The notes: generated from the letters alone by a model not told the origin. A stretch of 64,000 nt of DNA from Candidatus Gottesmanbacteria bacterium RIFCSPHIGHO2_02_FULL_39_11 (GCA_001779195.1 MFJL01000014.1:9522-73521); one strand, 5' to 3'; shown: positions 9,298-19,711, numbered from the stretch's first letter. Translations and numbers: made by a program.

Positions 9298-10587
9298 TTA
9301 TTTTTTAGAATGTTTATTAGTAACTAACTTAAAGTTTATTTCCGATTTATAAAAGCTGTTATCCGGCACATCGGACTCCACAATTGCGCCTGAGGAAATA
9401 AACGAATTTTTTCCTATTTTTATCCCCGGCATAAGAGCGGCATGTACTCCGACTTTGCTCATCTGCCCTATAATAGATCCCAACTTTACTTTGCCGGTGT
9501 CCAATTTTTGTTTATTGACAGCAGAAGAAACTGACTTTTGGTCCAGTCTAAAATTAGCTGTTGTTGCCATAGCTCCCATACTGACATGATCTGAAATAAC
9601 ACTGTCTCCGACATAGTTATTATGAAAATAACAATTATTCCCGACAACACTTCTTGCCACTTCGCTTGCAAATCCAACAACACTTCCCTCTCCAATAATT
9701 GATTCACGAATTAGAGTATTATTTCCGACAATACAATTTTTCCCTATATACGTAGGACCAATAATAACTGCGTGATCTAAAACTCGTGAACCACTTTCAA
9801 TAATTACCGGACCTCGAATCGTTGCTGACTTTGCAATTTCGCGAGCTTTAATAGTTTGATTGGTAATTTTACTTAAAAAATAAGAGGAAAGAGTTAAAAC
9901 ATCCCATGGATATTTTACATGTCCCCAAAATCCTGTGTAGGAAAGAAAGGATATGTTAGCTTTTTTCCCGATCAAAATCCCAATTGCTTTTTCATATATA
10001 TCATCATTTTTAGATTCTGTGTTTTGCAAAATTTTCAAAAAATCAGACGTGTCTTTAAAATAATCAAAGATAAGACGCACGATATTGCTTCCTCTTTTTT
10101 CTCTTTCAGGTTTTTCAATAATCGAAACGACTTTATCATTTAGAACTTTAAGATACCCTCCCGGAAAATAGTCATTCAGATGTATTCCGGTAAGCATTCC
10201 ATCCTGTACTTTCGGCAAATAATTAACAAAGTCAGAAACTAGCGTGTCTTCAAAAACATCCGACGGTCCAACAATTAAAACCGGATTCCTTTCAATGTAT
10301 TTCTTTGCGGAAAGTACTGCCCCTGCCATGCCCCTCCGGTCTTCCTGCATTACCAGCGTAATTACAACACCGGGAAATTCAGATTTTAACAATTCAAATA
10401 ATGACTTGTTTCGTTCTGATACTACTACTATGATATTTTTAAATCCAAACCGTACTAACTGGGAAAGTGCATAATACGCAAGCGGCTTTCCCAAAAAAAT
10501 AAGAGAATGTTTATCCGAAAGCGGCCACAGGCGAGTAGAATCCCCTCCTGCTAAAAGTAAAACGGTAGGTAATGTATTCATGACCAT
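9298..10587 (-). CDS. glmU: Bifunctional sugar-1-phosphate nucleotidyltransferase / left-handed beta-helix acetyltransferase (GlmU-like)
   Basis: 429 aa. The N-terminal LLAGGDSTRLWPL nucleotidyltransferase motif and C-terminal hexapeptide repeats are present. It sits between glmS and murA. Confidence 0.7.
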   Translation of the reverse strand: MVMNTLPTVLLLAGGDSTRLWPLSDKHSLIFLGKPLAYYALSQLVRFGFKNIIVVVSERNKSLFELLKSEFPGVVITLVMQEDRRGMAGAVLSAKKYIERNPVLIVGPSDVFEDTLVSDFVNYLPKVQDGMLTGIHLNDYFPGGYLKVLNDKVVSIIEKPEREKRGSNIVRLIFDYFKDTSDFLKILQNTESKNDDIYEKAIGILIGKKANISFLSYTGFWGHVKYPWDVLTLSSYFLSKITNQTIKAREIAKSATIRGPVIIESGSRVLDHAVIIGPTYIGKNCIVGNNTLIRESIIGEGSVVGFASEVARSVVGNNCYFHNNYVGDSVISDHVSMGAMATTANFRLDQKSVSSAVNKQKLDTGKVKLGSIIGQMSKVGVHAALMPGIKIGKNSFISSGAIVESDVPDNSFYKSEINFKLVTNKHSKK

Positions 10588-10590
10588 ATT

Positions 10591-11925
10591 TTACTCCTTT
10601 TTTCTGACAATTTTAGCTCCTAAACTCTGAAGTCTTCCCTCCAGATTTTCATATCCGCGGTCGATATGATCGATCCCATAGATAACACTCTCTCCCTGAG
10701 CTGTTAGTGCGGCAAGAACCAGAGTTGCTCCGGCGCGAAGATCGGAAACTTCCAAAACAGCATTGTGAAGTTTAGCAATACCTTTAACTTCGATAGCCTG
10801 ATGGTAATCTTTTCTTTTATCAGACCAGTTAAAATTATAAACCAGGGATGGGTTTGAAATTTTGGGAGAAAAAAAGTGAATATCCGCTCCCATTTTACGA
10901 AGCTCCTCAACATAAGAAAATCTATTTTCATACACAGTTTCATGAATGGTTGAAACTCCCCCGCAATAATTGGCAAGTATTGCCCATGGAGCCTGCCAAT
11001 CTGTCATAAAAGCGGGATATGCCCCGGTTGTAATATGAGTTGCTTTATACGGATATTTTGAAAAAAATCTGATTTTGTCTTTTTCAACTTCCTGCCAGGA
11101 AGCTCCGATTGCAGTTAATGCGTTTAAAAATGTGGTGAGATATTTTTTTTGAGCCCCGACAATCCTCACATCCCCTCCGGTTGATAGTGCAGCAATTGCG
11201 AATGTGACCACCTCATTCCGATCCGGCATAATTGAAAAATCAGCGCCCTGTAGTTCCGAAACTCCTTCAATCAGGATGGTTTTTTTCGCGGTCCGTTTTA
11301 TATGAGCACCCATCTGATTTAAAAGAGAAATAAGATCATCAATTTCAGGCTCTTCTGCTGCATTTTTTAAAATAGTTTTTCCCTTTGCAAGGACTCCTGC
11401 TAAAATAAGAGTTTCCGTACCGGTATGTGTATTGGATACAAAAGTGTAAGTAGTTCCTTTTAGCCCCCTGGGTGCATCTGCTTCAAAATATCCCTCCCTA
11501 TATGAAATTACCGCCCCCATCGCCTTAAGTCCGTCAATATGCCGGTCGATGGGACGTTTTCCGATGCGGCATCCCCCGGGATTGGGTACCCGCGCATGTC
11601 CCAACCGCGCAAGAAGAGGTCCCAGCACCATACTGGCGGAGCGGTATACCCCTCCAATCTCAAAGGGAACAATAAAATCTCTCATACCGTTTCCTTTTAG
11701 AGTCAACCGGTGAGTATATCTCTCTATGGAAACCTTAACCCCCAGTTTTTCAACGATCCGAGCGGTTCCGTAAACTGAGGAAATAAGGGGAATATTTGAA
11801 ACGGTAATATTTTTTTCAGTTAAAAGGCCACACAAAATAACTTTCATGGCCACATTTTTAGCACCGCTCACACAGACTTCTCCGTGAAGGGGATTTCCTC
11901 CGGTGATTACATATTTGTCCATCAT
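10591..11925 (-). CDS. murA: UDP-N-acetylglucosamine 1-carboxyvinyltransferase MurA
   Basis: 444 aa with GGNPLHGEVCVSGAKNVAMK and the active-site Cys context NPGGCRIGKRPIDRHI. Confidence 0.9.
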   Translation of the reverse strand: MMDKYVITGGNPLHGEVCVSGAKNVAMKVILCGLLTEKNITVSNIPLISSVYGTARIVEKLGVKVSIERYTHRLTLKGNGMRDFIVPFEIGGVYRSASMVLGPLLARLGHARVPNPGGCRIGKRPIDRHIDGLKAMGAVISYREGYFEADAPRGLKGTTYTFVSNTHTGTETLILAGVLAKGKTILKNAAEEPEIDDLISLLNQMGAHIKRTAKKTILIEGVSELQGADFSIMPDRNEVVTFAIAALSTGGDVRIVGAQKKYLTTFLNALTAIGASWQEVEKDKIRFFSKYPYKATHITTGAYPAFMTDWQAPWAILANYCGGVSTIHETVYENRFSYVEELRKMGADIHFFSPKISNPSLVYNFNWSDKRKDYHQAIEVKGIAKLHNAVLEVSDLRAGATLVLAALTAQGESVIYGIDHIDRGYENLEGRLQSLGAKIVRKKE

Positions 11926-11927
11926 AG

Positions 11928-12914
11928 TTAAGGAATTATCACAACCTCAGGCTTTAGCCGGACATGATACTTACTGTAGACCTTGCGGGTTATTAACTGT
12001 ATCAATTGTACCATATCAGAGGATTTAGTTTGGGGCTCAACTACAATAAAATTGGCATGGTCAGAAGAGACTGAAGCTCCTCCAATTTTCGTTCCCTTAA
12101 GACCCAGGGAATCAATAAGATATCCGGCTGATGTCGTATATTGGGGAGTCGGAATACGCATGGCATCGCTTTTTTTAATATTTTGAAATGTGCATCCGGC
12201 CGAGAGTACTCCCCACGGCTGAGTGGTCCTGCGGTACTCGGTTACTCGGTTTCCTATTTCCCAAAGATTTTCTTTCTCAGAAGAGGTAAGAGTAATGATA
12301 ACGGAAAGAAGTACGTCTCCGCTTTTTTGAATGATGGATCTGTCATAGTCGAATTTAAAATAGCCTGCTCCAACTGACTTTATTTCTCCTCTGAGGGTTA
12401 GTATTTTAGCAGATCTAATTAAGTCTCCGAAAAAGGTTCCCCATTTCATATTATGTGCGTTCATATAAACAGCCCCGCCTACACTTCCCGGTTGTCCTAA
12501 AAATGTTTCAAGACCGCCAAGCCCCTGATCCAGGGTAAAACGCACTAGACGGTTGACTCCGACTCCGCTGTCGATTTCAAGATATACCGTTTTTTGAGAA
12601 TCTAAAATATCCCGCGCTTTTTTAATTCCCGTCATACCGATCATACGGATATCCTTGGTTTCATTTCTGATAACCAGTCCCTCAATTCCTGCATCTCCTA
12701 TCAGTACATTTGTCCCTCCTCCTAAAATAGTCCACGGAATTCCGATTTTTTGTGCGGATTTGACTGCCTGTGTAAGCTCACCTTGATTTTTAGCACTTAA
12801 AAAAAACTCAGCCGGTCCCCCGATTCTTAAAGTGGTATAAGAAGAAAGAAGTTCGCTTCGCTTAACGGTATTCGGAGCAACTAATTGTACAAGCTGACTA
12901 TATAAATCTTTCAT
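11928..12914 (-). CDS. murB: UDP-N-acetylenolpyruvoylglucosamine reductase MurB
   Basis: 328 aa with the FAD-binding motif TLRIGGPAEFF and a MurB C-terminal domain. Confidence 0.85.
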   Translation of the reverse strand: MKDLYSQLVQLVAPNTVKRSELLSSYTTLRIGGPAEFFLSAKNQGELTQAVKSAQKIGIPWTILGGGTNVLIGDAGIEGLVIRNETKDIRMIGMTGIKKARDILDSQKTVYLEIDSGVGVNRLVRFTLDQGLGGLETFLGQPGSVGGAVYMNAHNMKWGTFFGDLIRSAKILTLRGEIKSVGAGYFKFDYDRSIIQKSGDVLLSVIITLTSSEKENLWEIGNRVTEYRRTTQPWGVLSAGCTFQNIKKSDAMRIPTPQYTTSAGYLIDSLGLKGTKIGGASVSSDHANFIVVEPQTKSSDMVQLIQLITRKVYSKYHVRLKPEVVIIP

Positions 12915-14320
12915 GTTACCTGCACCCCTTTGTATATTTCATCCTGCCACGTGTTTATATCTCCGGCACCCATGGTAATAATAAGTTCTTTTTTTACCTC
13001 ATTATTTTTAATTCCCTTCACTGCATCTGTCGGACGGTTTACTAAATAGGCATTCTTACCATTTTTTACGAGCGCCGCAACAAGCATTTCAGAAGAAACA
13101 GATGTATCTTTTTCTTCCCGGGCAGATGCATAAATGGGGGCGATAAGTATTTTATCCGCCCAATCAAAAGACGTCAGAAACTGCTTAAAAAGTGATTTAG
13201 TACGTGAGTAAGTATGAGGTTGAAAAATGACAGTGATATAAAAATCCGGAAAAAACATGCGTGCCCCCGAGACGGTTGCCGCAATTTCAGTCGGATGATG
13301 AGCGTAATCATCATAGAATCTGAATTTACCCTTTTCTCTTATAAATTCAAAGCGTCTCCTGCTTCCTTTAAACTTTAAAATATTCTCAGATATTTCATCC
13401 CAGGAAAGTCCGACAGTACGACATACGAGACTTGCGGCTAATGAATTGAGGATATTATGCTTTCCCGTCAAATATGTTGATACCTGTGCTACTTTTGCGC
13501 CTGATTTTGTAATATCAAAAGTTGTTTTGCCTTTTTCAAATTTAAAACTACCCACTTGGTACATGGCATTTTTTGAAAATCCATAGGTAAGTATTTTCCC
13601 CTTATATTTTTTAAGGACTTTTAAAACCGAGTTATTATCGCAGCAGCCAATAAGAATTTTTTCACCTTTGAGGTTTTGCGTCAGTTTATAAAATGCATTT
13701 TCAATTTCGGAAACATCTGAATATGCGTCGGGATGATCATATTCAATATTGGTTATAACAAGTATTTCCGGATGCTGCCATAGAAAACGGGGAGTTGAGT
13801 CAAAGCCGGGAGATGTTATGTATTCATCCGCCTCTGCTATAAAATATTTTCCTCTCCCGTAATGTCCGGGTGCGGTAAGATCTAAAATATCTGAAGTACC
13901 AACAACATAGGAAGGATCACACCCCGCATGGGTTAGAATTGAAGCAACAAGTGCGCTTGTTGTTGTTTTTCCATGAGTTCCGGAAATCGAAATGCCGCAA
14001 TATTTTTTCATCTCTTCTCCTAAGGCCTGACCGTGCATAACAACCTTTAATCCTTTTTCTTTGGCTTCTTGCGCTTCACTATTTTTTATTCCTCCATGAG
14101 CACCTGTAACAACAACTAAATCATAATTTTTTGAAATATTCTTTTTGTCAAACCCCCTAACAACCGGAATATGAAATCGGGATAAGATCTTATCGGTGTG
14201 AAAAACGGCCTCGGTATCAGAACCCTTCACCGTGTACCCCTTTTCTTTAAAATAAATGGAAAGTGCCGTCATACCAACACCTTTAATGCCTACAAAATAA
14301 GCTGATTTTTTTTTCATCAT
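12911..14320 (-). CDS. murC: UDP-N-acetylmuramate--L-alanine ligase MurC
   Basis: 469 aa with the N-terminal YFVGIKGVGMTALS motif and the P-loop GTHGKTTTSAL. Confidence 0.9.
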   Translation of the reverse strand: MMKKKSAYFVGIKGVGMTALSIYFKEKGYTVKGSDTEAVFHTDKILSRFHIPVVRGFDKKNISKNYDLVVVTGAHGGIKNSEAQEAKEKGLKVVMHGQALGEEMKKYCGISISGTHGKTTTSALVASILTHAGCDPSYVVGTSDILDLTAPGHYGRGKYFIAEADEYITSPGFDSTPRFLWQHPEILVITNIEYDHPDAYSDVSEIENAFYKLTQNLKGEKILIGCCDNNSVLKVLKKYKGKILTYGFSKNAMYQVGSFKFEKGKTTFDITKSGAKVAQVSTYLTGKHNILNSLAASLVCRTVGLSWDEISENILKFKGSRRRFEFIREKGKFRFYDDYAHHPTEIAATVSGARMFFPDFYITVIFQPHTYSRTKSLFKQFLTSFDWADKILIAPIYASAREEKDTSVSSEMLVAALVKNGKNAYLVNRPTDAVKGIKNNEVKKELIITMGAGDINTWQDEIYKGVQVT

Positions 14321-14976
14321 ATAAAACCGATAATATTATTAAGGATATTTGGCTGTAATCCCTCCCGCCGGTAAGACCAAAGATTTTTGTTGGTATAGGT
14401 ACATATGGAAAGACAATCAATATTAGACCTGAGTAGTCTTTCATCTTTCATTTGTTTTAATGCAATACTTTCCAGGTTTAAAAACCATTTTCCTCCTCTT
14501 TCTTCTGAAATCTCATTTTTAAGAAATCCCAAGTGGCAAAAAATGGAAACTCTCTCCTGTGGAACATCATAGCAGCATATCCGTATATGAGGGCCGATTG
14601 CGGCATAAATATTTTGGGGGTGAGATCCTATTTTTTTCATCATTTGTATGGTACTCGTTACAATTTTTTTTGATAAGCCTTTCCAGCCCGCATGAACAGC
14701 ACCTGCTATTTTCAGTTTGGGATCATATAAAAATATCGGAATGCAGTCTGCGGTTTTAACACCGCTCCATCCTTTTCCTTTTAAGATAATTCCATCTGTG
14801 CCGTTTAACGGATTCGTTTTTGAGTTCTCTAAAACCACATTTCCTGAATGAATTTGCCTAAGATGGATAAAATTTGATTCGCTTCCTTTAATATTTAATG
14901 AGGAAAGAGATTCTCCTTTTGAGAGAAATGCGTGAAAAAACTCAGGAAATTTCTTAATAAGCTCAGATTGGATCAT
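14317..14976 (-). CDS. pgeF: Peptidoglycan editing factor PgeF / YfiH (DUF152, laccase-domain) family
   Basis: 219 aa with the motifs QIHSGNVV, KTADCIPIF, AAVHAGWKGL and IGPHIRICCYDV. Confidence 0.8.
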   Translation of the reverse strand: MIQSELIKKFPEFFHAFLSKGESLSSLNIKGSESNFIHLRQIHSGNVVLENSKTNPLNGTDGIILKGKGWSGVKTADCIPIFLYDPKLKIAGAVHAGWKGLSKKIVTSTIQMMKKIGSHPQNIYAAIGPHIRICCYDVPQERVSIFCHLGFLKNEISEERGGKWFLNLESIALKQMKDERLLRSNIDCLSICTYTNKNLWSYRREGLQPNILNNIIGFI

Positions 14977-16214
14977 ATTCTTTTTCCCAGCGCTTTTTGA
15001 ACCGTTTTTCTTTCATCCCAGCCGTATTCTTTAGTACCAAAGCACATGGACTTTTCATGTCCCTTTCCGCAGAAAAACACAATATCATCCGGTTTTGCCA
15101 GAGTATTAATGGTAAAATCAATCGCTTCGCTCCTGTCGGGAATTCTGAAAAAATAATTTATTTTTTTCGCACGCCTTCTTATTTTTGCACTTTTGCGCAA
15201 CTCCACCATACCTTTGCATGCGGCACCGTTTGCAATCTGACGGATAATTTCCTTAACATCCTCAGTCCTCGGATCCTCTGCCGTAAAGACAGCAAAATCG
15301 GAATAAGTTGCAGCAATCTCTCCCATCATGGATCTTTTTTCCGTATCCCGAAGACCGGCACACCCAAAAACTACAATAACTTTCCTCTTTGTTATATCCC
15401 GTGCGGTAAGCAAAACTTTTTTAAGCGCATCGGGTTTATGAGCAAAATCAATAACTATTTTAAATCCTCGCCGGTTGGGTACTTCCTCCATCCGTCCGGG
15501 GAGGGTAATAAAATTTTTAATTGCTTTTTCTATTGTTTTTACATCTATGCCGTACACTAAAGATACGGCTGCTCCCGCCAGTGCATTTTCTTCATTAAAC
15601 TCCCCTGGAAAGTTAAGCTTTATTTTTAATGTTGACGGATTTACTGACGCATTTTTGCTTTTTCCGAATGTTACTAACTTACCTTTTACTTTACTCTTAA
15701 GATACTGAAAGTTGCGATCATCATAATTTAGTATACTCACCCGGTTATTTTTCAAAATCTTTTCTTTTGCCTCCCTGTATTTTCCAAAAGTACGGTGATA
15801 ATCCAAATGCTCATGAGTAATATTGGTAATAACTCCTGCGTCAATTGGGATCCCCAAAGTGCGGTACTGATCCAAAGCATGAGAGGTAACTTCTAAAACT
15901 ACATACTCCGTTTGAAATTTGAGCGCTTTTTTCAGAAGTTTTTGCAGATGGTAAGAGGAGGGGGTAGTTACATGCAAACCGGTATCAATCGTTTCACCGT
16001 TAATAACGGCTGAAATGGTAGAAATGAGTGCAACTTTTTTTCCGGCAGATTTAAATATTTCATACACAAGGTGAGCAGTTGTTGTCTTCCCGGATGTCCC
16101 GGTAATTCCGATAATTTTTATCCGTTTAGCAGGAAACCCATACAAAACAACTGCCGCAACCGCCCGTATAAAATGTCCGGCGTTTTTAATTTTTCTTACT
16201 AGATATGATTCCAT
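14973..16214 (-). CDS. murE: UDP-MurNAc-L-Ala-D-Glu--diamino acid ligase MurE (short N-terminal domain)
   Basis: 413 aa. It has GITGTSGKTTT, VTTPSSYHLQKLL...LEVTSHALDQYR, DFAHKPDALKKVL and GCAGLRDTEKR. These are MurE-type signatures, not MurD or MurF. Confidence 0.85.
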   Translation of the reverse strand: MESYLVRKIKNAGHFIRAVAAVVLYGFPAKRIKIIGITGTSGKTTTAHLVYEIFKSAGKKVALISTISAVINGETIDTGLHVTTPSSYHLQKLLKKALKFQTEYVVLEVTSHALDQYRTLGIPIDAGVITNITHEHLDYHRTFGKYREAKEKILKNNRVSILNYDDRNFQYLKSKVKGKLVTFGKSKNASVNPSTLKIKLNFPGEFNEENALAGAAVSLVYGIDVKTIEKAIKNFITLPGRMEEVPNRRGFKIVIDFAHKPDALKKVLLTARDITKRKVIVVFGCAGLRDTEKRSMMGEIAATYSDFAVFTAEDPRTEDVKEIIRQIANGAACKGMVELRKSAKIRRRAKKINYFFRIPDRSEAIDFTINTLAKPDDIVFFCGKGHEKSMCFGTKEYGWDERKTVQKALGKRI

Positions 16215-16266
16215 TTATCTTAGTATTGTACCTGAAAATGCAAAATTAGGCTATTTTGAGGAAAAC

Positions 16267-17955
16267 TCAGCCTCCCGAGCTGGGTGATATCCCATAGTAA
16301 GAAAAGAGCTCTTTGGCGATGTTAAAAAAAGTGGGAGCTGCAGTTTCGGACCCCCACTGGGACGTAGAGGGCTCGTTAATGGTGACAAGCATTATAAACT
16401 TCGGATTGTCAACCGGTGCAAACCCCACAAAAGAGGCAATTGTTTTAGTCGGATCATAATGTCCCGCGATGGGTATCTGAGCCGTACCCGTCTTTCCGGC
16501 AATATTAAACCCGGCTGGCTTAAGCCTATGTGCCTCTCCATCATCAACTGCATGCACCATTATCTGAGCAATTTTTGTTGCTGTCTCCTTTTTAAAAACA
16601 GTTCTTATAACGGTGGGCTTCATTTCAATTTCTCTTCCGTTTGAGAGTTTTATCTTTTTAACAAGATAGGGTTTGACCAGTTTTCCTCCGTTGGCAATCG
16701 AAGCAACCGCCCGAACCATCTGAAGAGGAGTTACGGCAATTCCCTGTCCAAATGAAGCAGTAGCAAAATCAATCTGACGCCACTCCCGACCGGAGCGAAT
16801 TGCCGGAGATGACTCATCCTGAAGATCGATATCCGTATTTTCTCCAAATCCAAGATTTTTTATATAGGAAAGAAGTTTTTCACCCCCCAATTTACTTTGA
16901 GCAAAAACCATACCTACATTTGAGGAGTGAACCAGGACATCTGTCATAGAGGTGTAAGGACCATTATACTGGTTATTCCACGTCCTTATGGTATATCCTC
17001 CTATGTTTACCGGTCCATCCTCGTTATAGGTAGTATCGGGTGTGAGTACTCCTTCATTTATCGCAGCTGCCATTACCAAAACCTTAAATGTAGATCCCGG
17101 CTCATAGGAAGACCCTACAACTGAATTGATATAAAACTCTGCAGGATAGTTACCATAATCTGTCGGATCATAAGAAGGATAGGAAACCATACCAAGTATA
17201 GCTCCCGTTTGCGGCTCCATAATAGTTACGGTCCCGCCTTTTGCCTGGTATTCTTCAATGCTTTCCTTAAGCTTTGCTTCAGCTATATATTGAACTGTTT
17301 TATCAATTGTTAAGTATAAATCCCGCCCGTCTTCACTGGGAAGTTCGCTCATTTTTTCAAGCAAAATGGGATTTCCTATAGCATCTTTTTCTTGCTTTAT
17401 CATTCCGTCCCTTCCCCTTAATTGTTCATCATAAAATCCTTCCAGCCCGAAATATCCCTGATCCAAACCTTTTGAATTCTTTCCTACAAATCCAATAATA
17501 TTGGCGGCCATGGATCCTTCGGGATAATACCTATTCGACTCCTCCAAAAACCCGAGTCCTGGTATGGTACTACTTTCTAATTTTTTTATTTTATCTTCGC
17601 TAATTTTGTTAACCAAGGGAGTCCAATTAGAAAGACTGTTACTGAGCTTTCCCGAAAGGGTGGACTCAGGAATTGTCAAAACACCTGATAGTGATTTTAT
17701 GAGATCTGTTTGGTTTTTAATTTTATCCTTTTCTACAAATACCATATACCCCTTGCGGTTCATCACAATGGCCGCTCCATCAGACGAAAAAATTCTTCCC
17801 CTTTTGGCATAAATTGAGCTCGCATGCACGGTTTGATCATCAGCAATTCCTTTTAATCTGTCAAAAGAGAGAATTTGCCAGTAGAAAAGCCGGGCGATAA
17901 CCGCCATAAATCCGAGAACAAAGACGATAAAAACGACGTAGATTCTTTTATGCAT
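16267..17955 (-). CDS. ftsI: Penicillin-binding protein, class B transpeptidase FtsI/PBP2
   Basis: 562 aa with an N-terminal TM anchor and the transpeptidase motifs STFK, SSN and KTGTA. Confidence 0.9.
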   Translation of the reverse strand: MHKRIYVVFIVFVLGFMAVIARLFYWQILSFDRLKGIADDQTVHASSIYAKRGRIFSSDGAAIVMNRKGYMVFVEKDKIKNQTDLIKSLSGVLTIPESTLSGKLSNSLSNWTPLVNKISEDKIKKLESSTIPGLGFLEESNRYYPEGSMAANIIGFVGKNSKGLDQGYFGLEGFYDEQLRGRDGMIKQEKDAIGNPILLEKMSELPSEDGRDLYLTIDKTVQYIAEAKLKESIEEYQAKGGTVTIMEPQTGAILGMVSYPSYDPTDYGNYPAEFYINSVVGSSYEPGSTFKVLVMAAAINEGVLTPDTTYNEDGPVNIGGYTIRTWNNQYNGPYTSMTDVLVHSSNVGMVFAQSKLGGEKLLSYIKNLGFGENTDIDLQDESSPAIRSGREWRQIDFATASFGQGIAVTPLQMVRAVASIANGGKLVKPYLVKKIKLSNGREIEMKPTVIRTVFKKETATKIAQIMVHAVDDGEAHRLKPAGFNIAGKTGTAQIPIAGHYDPTKTIASFVGFAPVDNPKFIMLVTINEPSTSQWGSETAAPTFFNIAKELFSYYGISPSSGG

Positions 17956-18290
17956 TATCGCGTTTTGTATGCAAGAGGGCTCTCCGTAGTTAATGTAACC
18001 AATTGTGTATTTGACAAAAAGCCGGATTCAGATGCTTTTTGCGATACCGAAGAAAGAGCTGAAAATGAGGCAATTTCCTGATCCAGGTCTACAATTTCGG
18101 CGCTGTATTTATTTATTTCCCTGTTTAAAAGAGTCAGTTTTTCTCCGCTGGTTGAGTCATGATTTAAAATAATAACCTGAAGTACAGAAAGACCGATAAT
18201 TAGACAAACCAGTATTGAATTTATTAAAATAAATTTTTTTCTCCCCAACGAAGCATTATTATGACGATAATACTGGGCAGTATATTCCAT
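17955..18290 (-). CDS. ftsL: Cell division protein FtsL-like (small bitopic coiled-coil protein)
   Basis: 111 aa with a single TM (FILINSILVCLIIGLSVLQVIIL) followed by a coiled-coil-like segment. Its position between rsmH and ftsI fits FtsL. Confidence 0.5.
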   Translation of the reverse strand: MEYTAQYYRHNNASLGRKKFILINSILVCLIIGLSVLQVIILNHDSTSGEKLTLLNREINKYSAEIVDLDQEIASFSALSSVSQKASESGFLSNTQLVTLTTESPLAYKTR

Positions 18291-18319
18291 TTTAAATGTA
18301 AAGTGAAAAGCTGTTAGTC

Positions 18320-19222
18320 TTAAATTTTTTGGGCAACTCTCAGTTTTGCCGAGTGCGCTCTTTTATTTTGTTTTACCTCGTTATAATCAGCTTGTATCGG
18401 TCTTTTTGTAACAATTTCTAATCTTCCACCTTCCTCTTCTCTTTTAAAAAACCTTTTTACGATCCGATCCTCAAGTGAATGAAAGCTAATTACTGCAATT
18501 CTTCCGTTTGGATTTAACAGATTGATTGCATCACCTAATGCCTCTTTTAATGCTTCCAATTCTCCGTTTACCTCAATTCTTAGTGCCTGGAAAATCCGGG
18601 CAAGTGTGGCTGTTTTATTGGGATGTTCTTTTTTCAGTACGCTTTCAATAATTTCACTTAATTCCTTCGTCGTTCTAATTTCTGATTTTTTTATGGAACG
18701 GGCGCGAATAACAGCATCAGCAATTGCCCTAGAATTGAGTTCTTCAGCATTTTGTGCAAACAGTTCATATAATCTCTCACTTCTGTAATGATTTATAACA
18801 TCATAAGCAGTCGTTTTACCCTTTTTACTCATTCTCATGTCTAATTCCTCGTCCTTATGGAAACTAAATCCCCGTCCGGAAGAATCGATTTGAAAACTTG
18901 AAACTCCCAGATCAAATAAAATTCCATCAACTCTTTCAAATCCGTTTTCGCGAGCAATCTTTTCAATATTTCTAAAATTTCCTTCACAAATGATTAAGTT
19001 CCTGTTTATATTTTCTTCACGCGCTCTTTTTTTAACATACGTTATTGCTTCTTCATCCTGATCAATCCCAAGTACTTTTCCTCCTCTTTTTATAATTTCC
19101 AGACTGTGTCCGCCTCCTCCGAGTGTTGCATCTATATACTTCTTACCCGGCACAATGCTTAGTAAGTCCAAAACCTTAGTTAACAGAACCGGTGTATGAA
19201 ATGAATTTAGAATCATAGGCAT
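18320..19222 (-). CDS. rsmH: 16S rRNA (cytosine1402-N4)-methyltransferase RsmH (MraW)
   Basis: 300 aa with the motifs DATLGGGGHS and GGRIAVISFHSLEDRIVK. Confidence 0.9.
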   Translation of the reverse strand: MPMILNSFHTPVLLTKVLDLLSIVPGKKYIDATLGGGGHSLEIIKRGGKVLGIDQDEEAITYVKKRAREENINRNLIICEGNFRNIEKIARENGFERVDGILFDLGVSSFQIDSSGRGFSFHKDEELDMRMSKKGKTTAYDVINHYRSERLYELFAQNAEELNSRAIADAVIRARSIKKSEIRTTKELSEIIESVLKKEHPNKTATLARIFQALRIEVNGELEALKEALGDAINLLNPNGRIAVISFHSLEDRIVKRFFKREEEGGRLEIVTKRPIQADYNEVKQNKRAHSAKLRVAQKI

Positions 19223-19250
19223 TGTGATTCTAAACCGTTATTAATTTTTA

Positions 19251-19643
19251 TCACTGTAACTTATCTCTGTATTCTTCCCAGTTAGTCTTATCCCATATTT
19301 CAAAATGATCCCCGGCACCTATTACAAGCACACTCTCTTTCATTTCAGAACGTTTCACCATACGCTCTGGCATCACAAATCTTCCCTGTGAATCAAGTTT
19401 TATAATTTCAGCTTCAGAAAAAGTCTTTCTTCTGATATCCCGAGCCTCTTTGTCATAAAACACAGATCGAGATAATATATCTTTAGAACCTTCCTCCCAT
19501 TCTTTTTCTTTATAGCCGAGTACGCATTCCTCAAATCCTACCGTCAAAACAAAGCGCTCTCCTCCCAGTTCTTTTCTAATCTTAATTGGAAGCGCTATTC
19601 GATTCGTATCTGTAACATTTATCTCAAAAGTACCAAGAAACAT
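19251..19643 (-). CDS. mraZ: Transcriptional regulator MraZ
   Basis: 130 aa and the first gene of the dcw operon. It has duplicated MraZ domains with an N-terminus MFLGTFEINVTDTNRIALP. Confidence 0.85.
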   Translation of the reverse strand: MFLGTFEINVTDTNRIALPIKIRKELGGERFVLTVGFEECVLGYKEKEWEEGSKDILSRSVFYDKEARDIRRKTFSEAEIIKLDSQGRFVMPERMVKRSEMKESVLVIGAGDHFEIWDKTNWEEYRDKLQ

Positions 19644-19674
19644 ATAATTTCACCATTTACCACCATCTATTTCC

Positions 19675-19703
19675 ATATTGCGACAGGAATTGTCATCTGT
19701 CAA
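19675..19703 (-). promoter_or_regulatory. Predicted sigma70-type promoter of the mraZ/dcw operon
   Basis: On the minus strand there is a perfect TTGACA (19698-19703), a 17-bp spacer and CAATAT (19675-19680), about 30 nt upstream of the mraZ ATG. Confidence 0.45.
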
Positions 19704-19711
19704 GAGGGGAT

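Noticed and set aside
14997-15560. 187-aa plus-strand ORF
   Set aside because: It lies entirely inside and antisense to murE, has low-complexity Cys/Phe-rich composition and no recognizable motif.
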